From a bacterium (GTDB lineage Bacteria > Patescibacteriota > Patescibacteriia > Patescibacteriales > UBA12465), in contig JAJZRB010000005.1 of the NCBI GenBank assembly GCA_021806615.1, positions 4,319-68,318 of the forward strand: 64,000 nt of DNA. The letters run 5' to 3'. Positions 1-10,406 of the stretch are shown here, piece after piece (positions within the stretch are counted from its first letter, which is position 1; each line of letters begins with the position of its first letter). A model generated the notes under the pieces. That model was not told where the DNA came from. It did no database searches and saw nothing but the letters and a program-made list of their open reading frames with translations. The position numbers and the translations under genes were made by a program.

Positions 1-49
1 CATAATTTTTCAGATCAATATCTCTATCTAAATTTTCCTTTTTTGACAT
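1..49 (-). CDS. 5' end of an ORF that leaves the window (MSKKENLDRDIDLKNY...)
   Basis: ATG at 49..47 on the minus strand, open to the window edge. Only 16 aa are visible, so no family call is possible. Confidence 0.2.
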   Translation of the reverse strand, partial: MSKKENLDRDIDLKNY

Positions 50-63
50 ATCTATGATATAAT
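43..63 (+). promoter_or_regulatory. candidate extended -10 promoter for the aldolase gene
   Basis: TGATATAAT (55..63) matches the extended -10 consensus TGnTATAAT, about 25 nt upstream of the ATG at 89. A TTGACA at 43..48 is too close to serve as its -35. Confidence 0.4.
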
Positions 64-88
64 ATTCTTATTATAATCATAACATAAT

Positions 89-1039
89 ATGTTAGAAATA
101 AAAATCCCTTTAAGCGTGCCGAGGCGCCGCTATAGCGAATATCGCCATAACTATCGGATCCTGACGAATGGCTCAGGACGCCTTTTGCTCGTCGCCGGAG
201 ATCAAAAGGTAGAACATCTTAATGACGATTTTTACGGAAGAAATATCAACCCCGAAGATAAACATCCGGAGCATCTTTTCAAAATCGCCGCGGCCGCTCA
301 TGGCGGAGTCTTGGCTACCCATTTGGGATTCATCGCCCGCTATGGAGCGAACTACAGATCGGTTCCCTATCTAGTCAAACTGAACGGTAAGACCAATCTC
401 GGAGCCAACGAAGAAAAAAATTCCAGTCGCCTCTGGTGGACGGTAGCGGATGTCGTCAAGTTCAAGCAGGATAGCGGCTTAAAAATAGCGGGCATCGGCT
501 ATACTCTTTACTTAGGCGGAAAATATGAGGCGGAGATGGCGGCCGAGGCGGCTAAAGCCATTTACGAGGCGCACCAAGCCGGACTGACAGCCGTCTTATG
601 GGTTTACCCGCGCGGCAGAAATATCAAGGAAGAAGATATCCATACTATCGCCGGCGGAGCCGGCATCGCCGCGTCCCTAGACGCTGATTTTGCCAAAGTG
701 AAATACCCTTATGGAACTAAGGACTTTAAAAAAAATGCGGAAAGATTCCAGGAAGTGAGCGCCGCCGCCGGACGGACTAAGATCATCTGCGTGGGCGGAG
801 AAAAACGGCCGATCAAAGAATTATTAGAGACTTTGGAGGCGCAGATAAAAATATCGGGAACGAACGGTTTGGCTATGGGTCGCAACCTGCACCAACGCTC
901 CCTAGAGGAGGCGGAACGTCTAAGCGCCGCTTTAGGAGCGATAATTTTTCACGATAAAAGCGCCAAAGAAGCGGCAGCCATCTATGCCCGACGCCAGAAG
1001 ACAGGCGCCAGCCATAGTAAATTCTTAGGCTTGTTCTAA
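89..1039 (+). CDS. fbaB: class I fructose-bisphosphate aldolase, DhnA/FbaB (archaeal-type) family
   Basis: Collinear motif matches to E. coli FbaB as I recall it: LVAGDQKVEH (vs LPVDQGVEH), VPYLVKLNGKTNL (vs IPFLVKLNHNETL), IGYTLYLGG, TAVLWVYPRG, and DADFAKVKYP with the Schiff-base Lys region. Confidence 0.75.
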   Translation: MLEIKIPLSVPRRRYSEYRHNYRILTNGSGRLLLVAGDQKVEHLNDDFYGRNINPEDKHPEHLFKIAAAAHGGVLATHLGFIARYGANYRSVPYLVKLNGKTNLGANEEKNSSRLWWTVADVVKFKQDSGLKIAGIGYTLYLGGKYEAEMAAEAAKAIYEAHQAGLTAVLWVYPRGRNIKEEDIHTIAGGAGIAASLDADFAKVKYPYGTKDFKKNAERFQEVSAAAGRTKIICVGGEKRPIKELLETLEAQIKISGTNGLAMGRNLHQRSLEEAERLSAALGAIIFHDKSAKEAAAIYARRQKTGASHSKFLGLF

Positions 1040-1070
1040 CTGGCTTGAAAATAGTTCCAATCTAAATAAA

Positions 1071-1097
1071 AACACCTCGGATGTCGGGGTGTTTTTT
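1071..1097. terminator. bidirectional rho-independent terminator between convergent genes
   Basis: Hairpin AACACCTCG-gatgt-CGGGGTGTT (one G-U pair) followed by TTTTT, with an A-run on the other side. Confidence 0.7.
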
Positions 1098-1122
1098 GGG
1101 AATATTTTTTATTTGACCCTGA

Positions 1123-2625
1123 TCATTTGTTGACTATGATGCTTATCCTATCAACCAGACTAGGCGCCTTCTTGATGAAAGAGGGGGAAAAGCTCAAAGT
1201 GTAATCCTTGATTTCCGGCTGTGATTTAAGATAAGTGGCTATCTGCTCGGCGCTTAGATTGACAAGCTGGCTCGGGTTGATGACCTGGGCGTCGCCTTTC
1301 AGAGCCATCACTCCGGTAAAAGTAGCTTTGACCGTCGCTGTCTTAGAGACGGCATCATAATTTTCTAAACTATAAGAAATATTTTCCGGTTTGAATTCAG
1401 TCAGCTCCTTGTCGTCAGGAATAAGGAGATTTAGCTTAGCCGCCGCCAGTTTCGCCGCCTGATCCTTAGGAAAATAGACAGCGACTATCCTTCCGCTAGC
1501 CTTAGCGGTAAATTCATCTTGCTTACTGCCATTTTTGGCATCGATCACCACTGTCGGAGATTCATCGGCCAAATAAAGCCAACTACTGCCGGGCGCGATA
1601 TTCGCGCTGGCCTGCTCCTTGGCCGTACTGAGCAAGGTATCGCTTATATCTTTAGTAGCACGCTCCAAATCGCTCACATTGACATATTTCTGGACTTTTT
1701 GCTCATAGACGAATTTAGCATCGCTTCGGGCATAAATTTTATCTTGCAATCCGAGCCATAAACCGGGGATAGTAAAAGTGGTCGGGTCAATCGCCAGATC
1801 AGCGCTGGGCTTATCGGCGTAGATATCTACCGTGACTTCGCCGCCAGCCGGCACGTTGACGGCATTCTTTATACGGAATAGCTTATGGTCGGGACTTAAA
1901 AGGCGGGTAGTCGCGACTAGGGCCTGGCTTTTATTATAATTATTTATGATTCTGACCTGTCCTATCACTTGATCGCCGAGATAAGTTTCGCCGGAAGCCG
2001 GATAGGTCTTCGCGACATCGGTCTTTATTTCTTTAATGGTACCATAAACAAGCTCGCGCGGGTCGGTCGAAGAACTCGCTAGCGAAGTACTCGTGGCTTG
2101 AGTACTGGCATCGGCTATTTTTAACAACAGGTTATCATTGATAGTCTCACCTTTCAGATCAATGGCGACGGTCAATTTGGAGAAGGAAAAATAAGCGACG
2201 ACGACGGCTAAGATGGCAACGAGAATTATGAATTTTATCACTAAGCGCCGATAAAGGCCTAAGCTCCTTTTAGACTTAGGATTCTTCCGGGCTTCTCCTC
2301 CCCGGCCGGTTGGCGTAGCCTTGGTTTTCATTTCAGAAACTATCTCCGAAAAAAATTTTTTCTGGCGATCAAGCTCTTCATCGGCTTCGGGGCGCATTAA
2401 AAAGACATCATCCTTATCTTTCTTGGAGATCGTTCCTTTCTCCGGATCCTTGAAGTCAGCGCCTAGCCCGGACGACAGATCGCCGTCGGCCGCTAATTCA
2501 TCTTCGATGACATCGACAAGGATAGATTTAGTTTTTTTCTTGGGATGCAAAGTCCGAGGACTGGAACTTCTGGCAGGACGATTCTTTCGGGGAGAGGCTG
2601 TCGGACTTGATTTTATTCTGGGCAT
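1123..2625 (-). CDS. hypothetical membrane-anchored protein (disordered basic/acidic N-terminus, one TM, large extracytoplasmic domain)
   Basis: Long ORF. The probable start is MPRIKSS at 2625; the track start at 2691 adds 22 unlikely residues. There is a single hydrophobic segment, LVIKFIILVAILAVVVAYFSF. I recognise no family motif. Confidence 0.6.
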   Translation of the reverse strand: MPRIKSSPTASPRKNRPARSSSPRTLHPKKKTKSILVDVIEDELAADGDLSSGLGADFKDPEKGTISKKDKDDVFLMRPEADEELDRQKKFFSEIVSEMKTKATPTGRGGEARKNPKSKRSLGLYRRLVIKFIILVAILAVVVAYFSFSKLTVAIDLKGETINDNLLLKIADASTQATSTSLASSSTDPRELVYGTIKEIKTDVAKTYPASGETYLGDQVIGQVRIINNYNKSQALVATTRLLSPDHKLFRIKNAVNVPAGGEVTVDIYADKPSADLAIDPTTFTIPGLWLGLQDKIYARSDAKFVYEQKVQKYVNVSDLERATKDISDTLLSTAKEQASANIAPGSSWLYLADESPTVVIDAKNGSKQDEFTAKASGRIVAVYFPKDQAAKLAAAKLNLLIPDDKELTEFKPENISYSLENYDAVSKTATVKATFTGVMALKGDAQVINPSQLVNLSAEQIATYLKSQPEIKDYTLSFSPSFIKKAPSLVDRISIIVNK

Positions 2626-2719
2626 AACTAAATATAAAAATGATTTTTGATAAACTAGCTTCATTATAACAGAATTTCCAAAAGCCGACAATCAATCGAA
2701 GATTATTCTCGCCTTATCT

Positions 2720-5700
2720 CTAGCCGGCTGGCTTGATTGAATCCGGGAATTTTTGTTTCAGCTCGCTCCGCAGGCCTGGATTGTTAAAAACTTTGAATGC
2801 AGTCTTGATGATCTGATTCTTGCCCGCTACAGTTATGCGGAAATAAACCTCATCAGAGCCCGGATATCCGGCAAAGACGCGGCGTAATTCTTCCAATCCT
2901 TGAGCATCCATTTCTTTCAAAAGAATAAGCCGTAACGGCTGGGGGGACGGTTTGATCGCTTGAGGGACCATGCCGTTCCCGTTGCCGTTTTTAAAATTAC
3001 GTTTAACTGGACCGGCGGCGAGCAATAATTTTTTAAAATCATCAATTGATCTTTGGGGCTCGTTAATGTCAAGCGCGGCCACGCGGTTAACCAGGATCTT
3101 TATTTCCGAATCCTTTTCCGAAATCTTCCCTTCTATTATGAGCGCCTGCCCCTCCCGCCACAGGCTATCAGTTTCCTTGAGGAGCCGCGGGAAAACAAGC
3201 ACTTCCACGGTCGTCGTCGCGTCTTCTATCTTGACGAATAGCATCGATTCCCCGCTTCGCGTGATTATCTTCTTGATCGTAGAAATAATGCCGGCTGTGA
3301 TTATCTGATCATCGCCTTTGTGTCCGCCGAGTTGCGCGAGAGGAATGGCATAGCCCGTTAGATAAGGACGGAAGATATTATAAGGATGTTCGCTGACATA
3401 CAGGCCGAGGAGCTCCTTTTCCCAATTCAGTTTCTCATTCTGTCCGGCGGGCGCCGCTTCCGACAGATTAAGGCGGCTTACTTCGGCTGACGGCAGATCC
3501 GCGAACAGGCTGCTCTGTTTATTCTCCTTATTCTTAGCAGATTCCTTATTAAAGCTGAGCAGACGTTCCATATTCGCTAAAAGCTGTCCGCGTTCGCCGA
3601 AACCGTCTAAAGCGCCGCTCTTAGCCAAGCTCTCCAAAGATTTCTTGTTCAGGTCTTTATCGGTTATTCTGGCTAAAAGATCAAAAATATCCTGATAGGG
3701 GCCATTGGCCTTGCGCTCCCTGATGATTTCTTCCACGATATGCTCGCCGACATTCTTTATCGCTTTCAAGCCGAAACGGATAGTATCCAGCTTGATAGAG
3801 CCGCTCACGGCTTGATTCTTCTTGGTGCCGGCGGTCACGACCGTGAATGTCCCGAAAGATTCATTAATATCCGGCGCCATTATTTTCAAACCCATATTGC
3901 GGCACTCCTCTATTTCAATCGCGGCTCTATCCGTATCCCCTTGGTCGGAAGTTAAAAGAGCGGCCATGAATTCCACGGGCCAATGAGCTTTTAAGTAAGC
4001 GGTCTGGTAGCCGATCATGGCGTAACAGGCGGCATGGCTGCGGTTAAAACCGTAGCCGGCGAAAGGCTCGATGAAGGAAAAGACCTTTTCGCCTAATTCT
4101 TTATAAACGCCATTTTTGACACAGCCTTCAATGAATTTTTCCTTCTGTTCCGCGAGAAGAGAGGCGATCTTCTTACCCATGGCTTTCCTCAAGACATCGG
4201 CCTGCCCCATGCTGAAACCGGCTAAATCGCGGGCGATCTGCATAACTTGTTCCTGATAGATCGCGACGCCATAGGTCTTTTCCAAAATAGGCGCTAGTTT
4301 CGGGTGGAGATAAGCGACTTTTTTCAAATGGTGTTTGCCGGCGATATAATCCGGGATCCATTCCATCGGACCCGGGCGATAGAGAGCGACCATGGCGATG
4401 ATATCTTCAAAGACCGTCGGCTTGAGTTCGCGCAGATACCGCTTCATGCCTGATGATTCAAACTGGAAGACGCCTGTCGTTTCCGCTTCTTGGAAGAGCT
4501 TGTAAGTCTTAGCGTCATCCAAGGGGATCTGATCGATATCTATTTCCAGGCCGCGAGTATTCTTGATTATTTTCAGGGCGGATTCAATAATAGTCAAATT
4601 TTTCAGTCCTAAAAAGTCCATCTTCAGAAGGCCGAGATCCTCAATCGGATGCAGGGAGTATTGGGAGATGATGCTTTGGTCGGAAGAAGACGCGTATTGG
4701 ATTGGAACATATTCGGTCAGAGGATCTTTGGTTATCAGGACGCCGCAAGCGTGCGTCGAGGCGTGTCTGGCTACGCCTTCTAAGCGTTTCGCATAGTCCA
4801 ATATCCGCTTGGCTGCCGGCTCTTGGCTATACATCTCTCTTAATTCCGGTACGCTTTTCAAAGCTTCGCCGAGTTTCATGAACATCGGGATGCTTTTAGA
4901 GATCTTGTCACAATAGTCATAAGGCTCGTCCAAGACGCGCCCGACATCGCGCACTGCGGCACGCGCCGCCATGGTTCCGAAAGTAATAATCTGGGCGACG
5001 TGATCCTTCCCGTATTTTTCTTCCACATAATTCAAGACTTCGCCGCGCCTGATATCGGCGAAATCCATATCGATATCGGGCATGGAGATGCGATCAGGAT
5101 TTAGGAAACGCTCGAATAACAGATCATACTTCAAGGGATCCAGATTAGTGATCCCCGCCAGATAGCAGACCAGAGACCCGGCAGCCGAACCGCGCCCCGG
5201 ACCGACAACGATCTTGTTGTCCTTCGCCCATTTGATAAAATCCGCGACGATCAAGAAATACGACGGCCAGCCCATTTTAGCGATAACTGATAATTCGTAG
5301 TCCAACCGTTCATGGACCTTGGCCAATTCTTCGGCTTTCGCCTCCGGATAGCGCTTCTCTATCCTCGTTTCGCACCACTCTCTTAAGTAAGAGTTGCCGT
5401 CATAACCGGCCGGAACCTCAAAGTGCGGCAATTGGATATTCCCTAATTCAATCTCTACGTTGCACATATCCGCGATTTTGAGGGTGTTGGCTATCGCTTC
5501 CGGCGTCTTACTAAAGGCGGCGATCATCTCCGCGTTAGAGCGCATGGAATAATCTCCGTAGCCTAGCATCTTCATCCGATCCGTGTCGGATATCTTCTTC
5601 TTATTCTGGAGGCAAAGCAGGATGTCTTGAGCCTCCGCGTCTTCTTTCTTGAAATAATGTATGTCATTGGTCGCGACCAGCGGAATGCCCAATTTTTTAG

Positions 5701-6280
5701 AAAATTCTATCAGCTGCCGGTTGACTTTTTCTTGGCCGGATAACTCGGGGTGGTCCTGAATTTCTAAATAAAAATTGCCTTGGCCGAAAAGCGCGTTATA
5801 TTCTAGAATCCTCTTTTCAGCTTCTTCCAACTTATCACCACTAATCAAGCGCGGTATTTCTCCGCCGAGACAAGCCGTAGAAGCGATGATCCCCTCATGA
5901 TGTTCTTTTAATATCTCCCAGTCTATCCGCGGTTTATAATAAAAACCCTCTACATGGGCCGCGGAAACCAGCCTGATAAGATTCTGATAGCCGATATTGT
6001 TCTTGGCCAATAAGATAAGATGGTAGCCGCGTCCGTCGTCGCGAGTATTCTTGTCAAAACGCGAGCCGGGCGCTAGATAGGTTTCTACGCCGATAATCGG
6101 CTTGATACCAGCCTTTTTAGCCTTCTGATAAAAATCTATTATGCCATACATCGCTCCATGGTCGGTCAGGGCTACGGCTGGAGACCCCTGTTCTTTAGCA
6201 TAATTAATAAGCTCATCAAGCTTGGTAAGGCCGTCCAGCAAGGAATAGTGGCTATGATTGTGAAGATGGACAAAAGACAT
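2720..6280 (-). CDS. dnaE: DNA polymerase III alpha subunit
   Basis: N-terminal PHP domain (HLHNHSHYSLLDG), polymerase core (PGRGSAAGSLVCYLAGIT, PDIDMDF, GLLKMDFLGL), length 1186 aa, C-terminal OB-fold region. Confidence 0.95.
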   Translation of the reverse strand: MSFVHLHNHSHYSLLDGLTKLDELINYAKEQGSPAVALTDHGAMYGIIDFYQKAKKAGIKPIIGVETYLAPGSRFDKNTRDDGRGYHLILLAKNNIGYQNLIRLVSAAHVEGFYYKPRIDWEILKEHHEGIIASTACLGGEIPRLISGDKLEEAEKRILEYNALFGQGNFYLEIQDHPELSGQEKVNRQLIEFSKKLGIPLVATNDIHYFKKEDAEAQDILLCLQNKKKISDTDRMKMLGYGDYSMRSNAEMIAAFSKTPEAIANTLKIADMCNVEIELGNIQLPHFEVPAGYDGNSYLREWCETRIEKRYPEAKAEELAKVHERLDYELSVIAKMGWPSYFLIVADFIKWAKDNKIVVGPGRGSAAGSLVCYLAGITNLDPLKYDLLFERFLNPDRISMPDIDMDFADIRRGEVLNYVEEKYGKDHVAQIITFGTMAARAAVRDVGRVLDEPYDYCDKISKSIPMFMKLGEALKSVPELREMYSQEPAAKRILDYAKRLEGVARHASTHACGVLITKDPLTEYVPIQYASSSDQSIISQYSLHPIEDLGLLKMDFLGLKNLTIIESALKIIKNTRGLEIDIDQIPLDDAKTYKLFQEAETTGVFQFESSGMKRYLRELKPTVFEDIIAMVALYRPGPMEWIPDYIAGKHHLKKVAYLHPKLAPILEKTYGVAIYQEQVMQIARDLAGFSMGQADVLRKAMGKKIASLLAEQKEKFIEGCVKNGVYKELGEKVFSFIEPFAGYGFNRSHAACYAMIGYQTAYLKAHWPVEFMAALLTSDQGDTDRAAIEIEECRNMGLKIMAPDINESFGTFTVVTAGTKKNQAVSGSIKLDTIRFGLKAIKNVGEHIVEEIIRERKANGPYQDIFDLLARITDKDLNKKSLESLAKSGALDGFGERGQLLANMERLLSFNKESAKNKENKQSSLFADLPSAEVSRLNLSEAAPAGQNEKLNWEKELLGLYVSEHPYNIFRPYLTGYAIPLAQLGGHKGDDQIITAGIISTIKKIITRSGESMLFVKIEDATTTVEVLVFPRLLKETDSLWREGQALIIEGKISEKDSEIKILVNRVAALDINEPQRSIDDFKKLLLAAGPVKRNFKNGNGNGMVPQAIKPSPQPLRLILLKEMDAQGLEELRRVFAGYPGSDEVYFRITVAGKNQIIKTAFKVFNNPGLRSELKQKFPDSIKPAG

Positions 6281-6393
6281 GAATTATGTTCTTATATTAA
6301 GCAAAATACAACTTTAAATAGAATGATAATAATTTAATTTTACCTTATCATTTTAGTATAAGAAATTAAGGATGGCAAACCTTTCTTTAGCTA

Positions 6394-6422
6394 TTGACAA
6401 ATTTCAAAAAAAAGGATAAACT
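6394..6422 (+). promoter_or_regulatory. candidate sigma70-type promoter for the MutS-like gene
   Basis: TTGACA (6394..6399), a 17-nt spacer, then TAAACT (6417..6422). Confidence 0.5.
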
Positions 6423-6479
6423 TAAATGTTATTTTGTTCTTACATAATTCACTATCAACCAATAAACCTTGAGGTTCAC

Positions 6480-8516
6480 ATGACAAATCTTAATCTGCCG
6501 GACGGAGCTATTTATCTAGATAATCCCGAATTAACTTTTTGGGAAAAAAATAGAGAAAAAATAGGCCGTTTAAACGTCATCAATCCGGAAGACCTGGGAA
6601 TAGAGGGCCTACTGTCCACTACCCTGGATCTTGATGAGTTCGATCTTTCAGATAGCTTCGGAATTAGCAACCCCGAAGAAATAGAAAGCCGCGGACGCAT
6701 CATGGAGTTCATCTATAAGAATAAAGATTTCCGCGATTTAATCGCAGGCACTGAACAGGATTTCAGCATACCTAGCGGTCAAGATGCTTTTTTGGATTAC
6801 TTCAATCCGAAATTAAAGCATAACCCGTTCTTCGATAAAGTATATATGCTGTTAAACTGCCTATATTCTAAGGAAGATCTGCCGCACCGCTTGCTAGAAT
6901 TCCGCAATTTCCTATCCAAGATAACTGCGCTGGAAAAGCCCGAACAGGAACTGATGCTCCAGCTGGCTGAGATACTCCAGAAATCGGCTTCCATAGAAGC
7001 AATCCTGAACTTCGATCTGACTTTGAACTATGATCCAGAAGAATTCGTCCAATTGAAAGAATTGAAGGACGATGCTTTCAAGATCGCGTTAAATCCGGAC
7101 AGCATGGTTTACGGACAAACCATGTTTTCATTCGCTCTGAGCAGACACAGCTTAGAACGTTATCCCGCCTGGACGCAAAAATCCATCCGCGCGATGCTAT
7201 TCCCACGCTTGGCTGCCAGAAAGAAGAAAGAAGTAGATGCCTTCAACAAGGAGTATAAGAAAAAAGCTAATACAGCCAGATTTATCCGTTCAGCTGACGG
7301 CGCCTTGGCCCAGGATGTGCTCAAAGCTCTAAAGCCTGAAATAAAAAAAGTATTTTGGCCGGATATCATAAAAAGTCTTGACTGCCGAAAATATTTTAGA
7401 TTAAAAGTCCATGTAATCTATGGTGCTACCGGGCTTACTCTGAAGATGATCTGCATGAATGTGTGCGAAGGCGATCCCAAGCTGGCCAATACCGGCTTAG
7501 ACCCGAACTATTTTCCTAAAGCCGATCAAGAAACATATTATGAAATGAGGGCTAAGGTCAACGGAGAGTTAAAGAGCAATAAGGACGCGGACAGTTGGCA
7601 GAAGATCTTAGGGCTTATCAAGGCACAGGAAAACGGAAGCAGATTAGCCGCCGATGGTTATTTTTTAATAAAGTCACCGGAGTGCGATAAAAACTACAAA
7701 TGGTTTGCTCTGAACAATTTGTTCTACAGGCCAGAAATAGAAAAATTCGTAGAACAAGCCAAAGGACTGAGGACTTTCTTAATGAACCGTCTCGACGAAT
7801 TGAAAAACATGTCCTTGCTTCTTAGCCGAATGGAGAATCTCTCCCGCAGGATAAAAGCTCCTTTGAGCCGACCGATAATAGCAGCTAAAAACGAACATGT
7901 GATCTCTTTTTCCAGCTTGTATCCTATACATCTGCTCAACGGTGATGATGACAACACGGGGAAAAAACAGGGCCCGATAGTAGCTTTAAGCAATTTACCG
8001 CCAATAAACGGCCGTCTGATTTGCTTGACTGGTACGCATGGCGGAGGGAAATCAACCGCTGGGCTGACATTACTCGTCAATCTCTATTTGGCGCAAAGCG
8101 GCTTGCTGATATTCGGAGAAAATTTTCACTTCAATATTAAGAAAGCTATCGGCGCCGTACTCAGCGATGACGGTCAGGGATCGACCGCCACCGTTTTGGT
8201 CACAAAGCTAAAAAATCTGCTGGCTGCCCTGGACAAGCTACCGGTCAATGAAGTTTTTGTCTTCATTGACGAATTAGGAAAAGGAACCCAGGAATATGCC
8301 GGCTTAGAGCTCGGCGTCGATGTCTTGAAGAAACTTTCGGCCATCAAAGCCAGCGTCGTATATAATACCCAGATCATGTCGCTGGCTGAAGCGTCTCGCG
8401 ACAGGTTAGGAGCTCTATGTTTCCAGGTTGATAAAAAACACGCTTTCCAGGCTGGAATCTCCGACGGCGATATGCATAGCCTGCGCAAATCCGTTGGCAT
8501 CGATAAATATTTATAA
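6480..8516 (+). CDS. MutS-family ATPase (domain V only) with a large uncharacterised N-terminal region
   Basis: The C-terminal ~200 aa carry Walker A LTGTHGGGKSTAGLT and Walker B VFVFIDELGKGTQ, arranged as in MutS domain V. The N-terminal ~480 aa have no motif I recognise. I prefer the start at 6480 (GAGG 6 nt upstream) over the track start at 6426. Confidence 0.65.
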   Translation: MTNLNLPDGAIYLDNPELTFWEKNREKIGRLNVINPEDLGIEGLLSTTLDLDEFDLSDSFGISNPEEIESRGRIMEFIYKNKDFRDLIAGTEQDFSIPSGQDAFLDYFNPKLKHNPFFDKVYMLLNCLYSKEDLPHRLLEFRNFLSKITALEKPEQELMLQLAEILQKSASIEAILNFDLTLNYDPEEFVQLKELKDDAFKIALNPDSMVYGQTMFSFALSRHSLERYPAWTQKSIRAMLFPRLAARKKKEVDAFNKEYKKKANTARFIRSADGALAQDVLKALKPEIKKVFWPDIIKSLDCRKYFRLKVHVIYGATGLTLKMICMNVCEGDPKLANTGLDPNYFPKADQETYYEMRAKVNGELKSNKDADSWQKILGLIKAQENGSRLAADGYFLIKSPECDKNYKWFALNNLFYRPEIEKFVEQAKGLRTFLMNRLDELKNMSLLLSRMENLSRRIKAPLSRPIIAAKNEHVISFSSLYPIHLLNGDDDNTGKKQGPIVALSNLPPINGRLICLTGTHGGGKSTAGLTLLVNLYLAQSGLLIFGENFHFNIKKAIGAVLSDDGQGSTATVLVTKLKNLLAALDKLPVNEVFVFIDELGKGTQEYAGLELGVDVLKKLSAIKASVVYNTQIMSLAEASRDRLGALCFQVDKKHAFQAGISDGDMHSLRKSVGIDKYL

Positions 8517-8537
8517 GATTAGCCGACAAAGATAAGC

Positions 8538-8570
8538 GAAAATCCCGCGATAAGATCACGGGATTTTTTA
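8538..8570. terminator. bidirectional terminator between the MutS-like gene and parB
   Basis: Hairpin AATCCCG-cgataagatca-CGGGATT flanked by an A-run and a T-run. Confidence 0.7.
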
Positions 8571-8602
8571 ATTCAAGTTATTGAATATTCTATCAGGCGA
8601 TC

Positions 8603-9481
8603 TTATCTTATCTTCTTTACGATCTCGCCTAATTCTTCTTCGCTATAAAAATCAATTATGAGCTTGCCGCCCTTCCCTTGCCTCTTGATCTCTACTTTCG
8701 TGCTGAAATATTCACCCAATTCCTCTTCTTTCGCGCGATCAAAATAGTCTTTGGGCTTAGCCGCCTTAGTGCCGCCTAAGCGCTTGATTTCCTTATCCGT
8801 CTCGGCGACGGTCAGATTCTGGCGCATAATCTTCTTCAGCATGTTAAGTTGTCTGGCCTCGCCTTCCAAGCCGAGAAGATATTTGGCGTGGGCCTCGGTG
8901 ATCTTGCCGCTAGCTAAAGCTTCCTGGGCGGCTGAGGGGAGGGATAAGAGGCGTAAAGCGTTAGCGACGCTGGAGCGGGCCTTACCGAGCTTTTTCGCCG
9001 CTTCTTCCTGGGTAATATTGAATTCATCTATCAGGCGCTTATAGGCACGCGCTGATTCTAATGGATTAAGGTCCTCGCGCTGTAGATTCTCGATCAAGGC
9101 TAATTCTAATTTCCGCTGTTCCTTTTCTTCGCGGATTATCGCCGGCACCTCTTTCAATCCGATAAGCTTAGCGCTGCGCAAGCGCCGCTCTCCGGCGATA
9201 AGCTCAAAACGATCGCCGTTTTTAGTGACGATGAGCGGGGAGATTATCCCGTGTTGCCGGATAGATTCCGCGAGATCATTCAAGGCGCTCTCGTTGAAAT
9301 TCGTGCGCGGCTGCTGCGGATTGATATCTATTTTATCCGGGCTGATCTTAAATACCCGGTCGCCGTCATGCATGACTACCGTCTCTTCATCGGAAGGCAA
9401 GGCGGCAAACGGATTGCGGCCGTAAGTAACGGTTTTTTTGGGAATTAAGGAGCCGAGCCCCCGACCTAAACCTTGAGGCAT
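8603..9481 (-). CDS. parB: chromosome partitioning protein ParB/Spo0J
   Basis: ParB box IAGERRLRSAKL, an HTH region (QEEAAKKLGKARSSVANALRLL), and position immediately downstream of parA. Confidence 0.92.
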   Translation of the reverse strand: MPQGLGRGLGSLIPKKTVTYGRNPFAALPSDEETVVMHDGDRVFKISPDKIDINPQQPRTNFNESALNDLAESIRQHGIISPLIVTKNGDRFELIAGERRLRSAKLIGLKEVPAIIREEKEQRKLELALIENLQREDLNPLESARAYKRLIDEFNITQEEAAKKLGKARSSVANALRLLSLPSAAQEALASGKITEAHAKYLLGLEGEARQLNMLKKIMRQNLTVAETDKEIKRLGGTKAAKPKDYFDRAKEEELGEYFSTKVEIKRQGKGGKLIIDFYSEEELGEIVKKIR

Positions 9482-9502
9482 ATTGTATAGCGTTAAAAGA
9501 TT

Positions 9503-10273
9503 TTATAATTTCCTTTCTAAACTCAAAATTTCTTTAGCCAAGCCTTCGTAGGCGCGGCCGCCTTTCGATTTCGGATCATAATGGAAGATAGAGCGGCCGT
9601 AACTCGGAGCTTCGGCCAGGCGCACGCTGCGCGGTATGACCGACCGGAAGATGCGATTCGGGAAATACTGGTATAATTCGGACATCACGGACTCGGAAAG
9701 CTTATTACGGCGGTCAAACATCGTTATCACCGCTCCCATGATACCCAGGCTCGGCTTTAAATTATTCTGGACCAGGCTAATCGTTTCTAAAAGCTGGCTC
9801 AAACCCTCTAAAGCATAATATTCGCTTTGGATAGGGATAAGGACTTCGTCGGCGGCTACCAAGCTATTTATGGTCAATAAACCGAGCGATGGCGGCCCGT
9901 CGATAATAATATAATCGTAATCCCCTTTCACTTCTTCCAAGATATTAGCCAAGCGGAATTCGCGGTTATCCAGATTAACCATCTCTACTCCGGCGCCAGC
10001 CAGCGAAATTGTCGCCGGTGCGACTTTCAGGCCTGATTGGACGGTCCGCCTGATGACTTCCGGCAGATTCTTCGCTCCTAAAAGAGCTTCATATACTCCC
10101 GCTTCCAGATTACGATGATCCAAGCCTAGGCCAGAAGTCGCGTTGGCCTGCGGGTCAACATCGATTAGAAGGACCTGCTGGCCCAGATGCGCCAAATATG
10201 CTCCGAGGTTAACAGCAGTCGTCGTTTTACCGACTCCGCCTTTCTGGTTGACAATAGCGATGACTTTACCCAT
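9503..10273 (-). CDS. parA: chromosome partitioning ATPase ParA/Soj
   Basis: Deviant Walker A NQKGGVGKTTTAVNLG, IIIDGPPSLG, 256 aa. Confidence 0.93.
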   Translation of the reverse strand: MGKVIAIVNQKGGVGKTTTAVNLGAYLAHLGQQVLLIDVDPQANATSGLGLDHRNLEAGVYEALLGAKNLPEVIRRTVQSGLKVAPATISLAGAGVEMVNLDNREFRLANILEEVKGDYDYIIIDGPPSLGLLTINSLVAADEVLIPIQSEYYALEGLSQLLETISLVQNNLKPSLGIMGAVITMFDRRNKLSESVMSELYQYFPNRIFRSVIPRSVRLAEAPSYGRSIFHYDPKSKGGRAYEGLAKEILSLERKL

Positions 10274-10406
10274 AAATAAATTGGCTATCAGAGAATTTTT
10301 CTATTTCAATTATAGCGGAAAGCGGCTGCTTTGACAATTAAAATTTATTTTATTATACTAAAATTCGTAATCAAAGCTTAACGTCCTAGCCTGGCTGTTC
10401 AAACTG

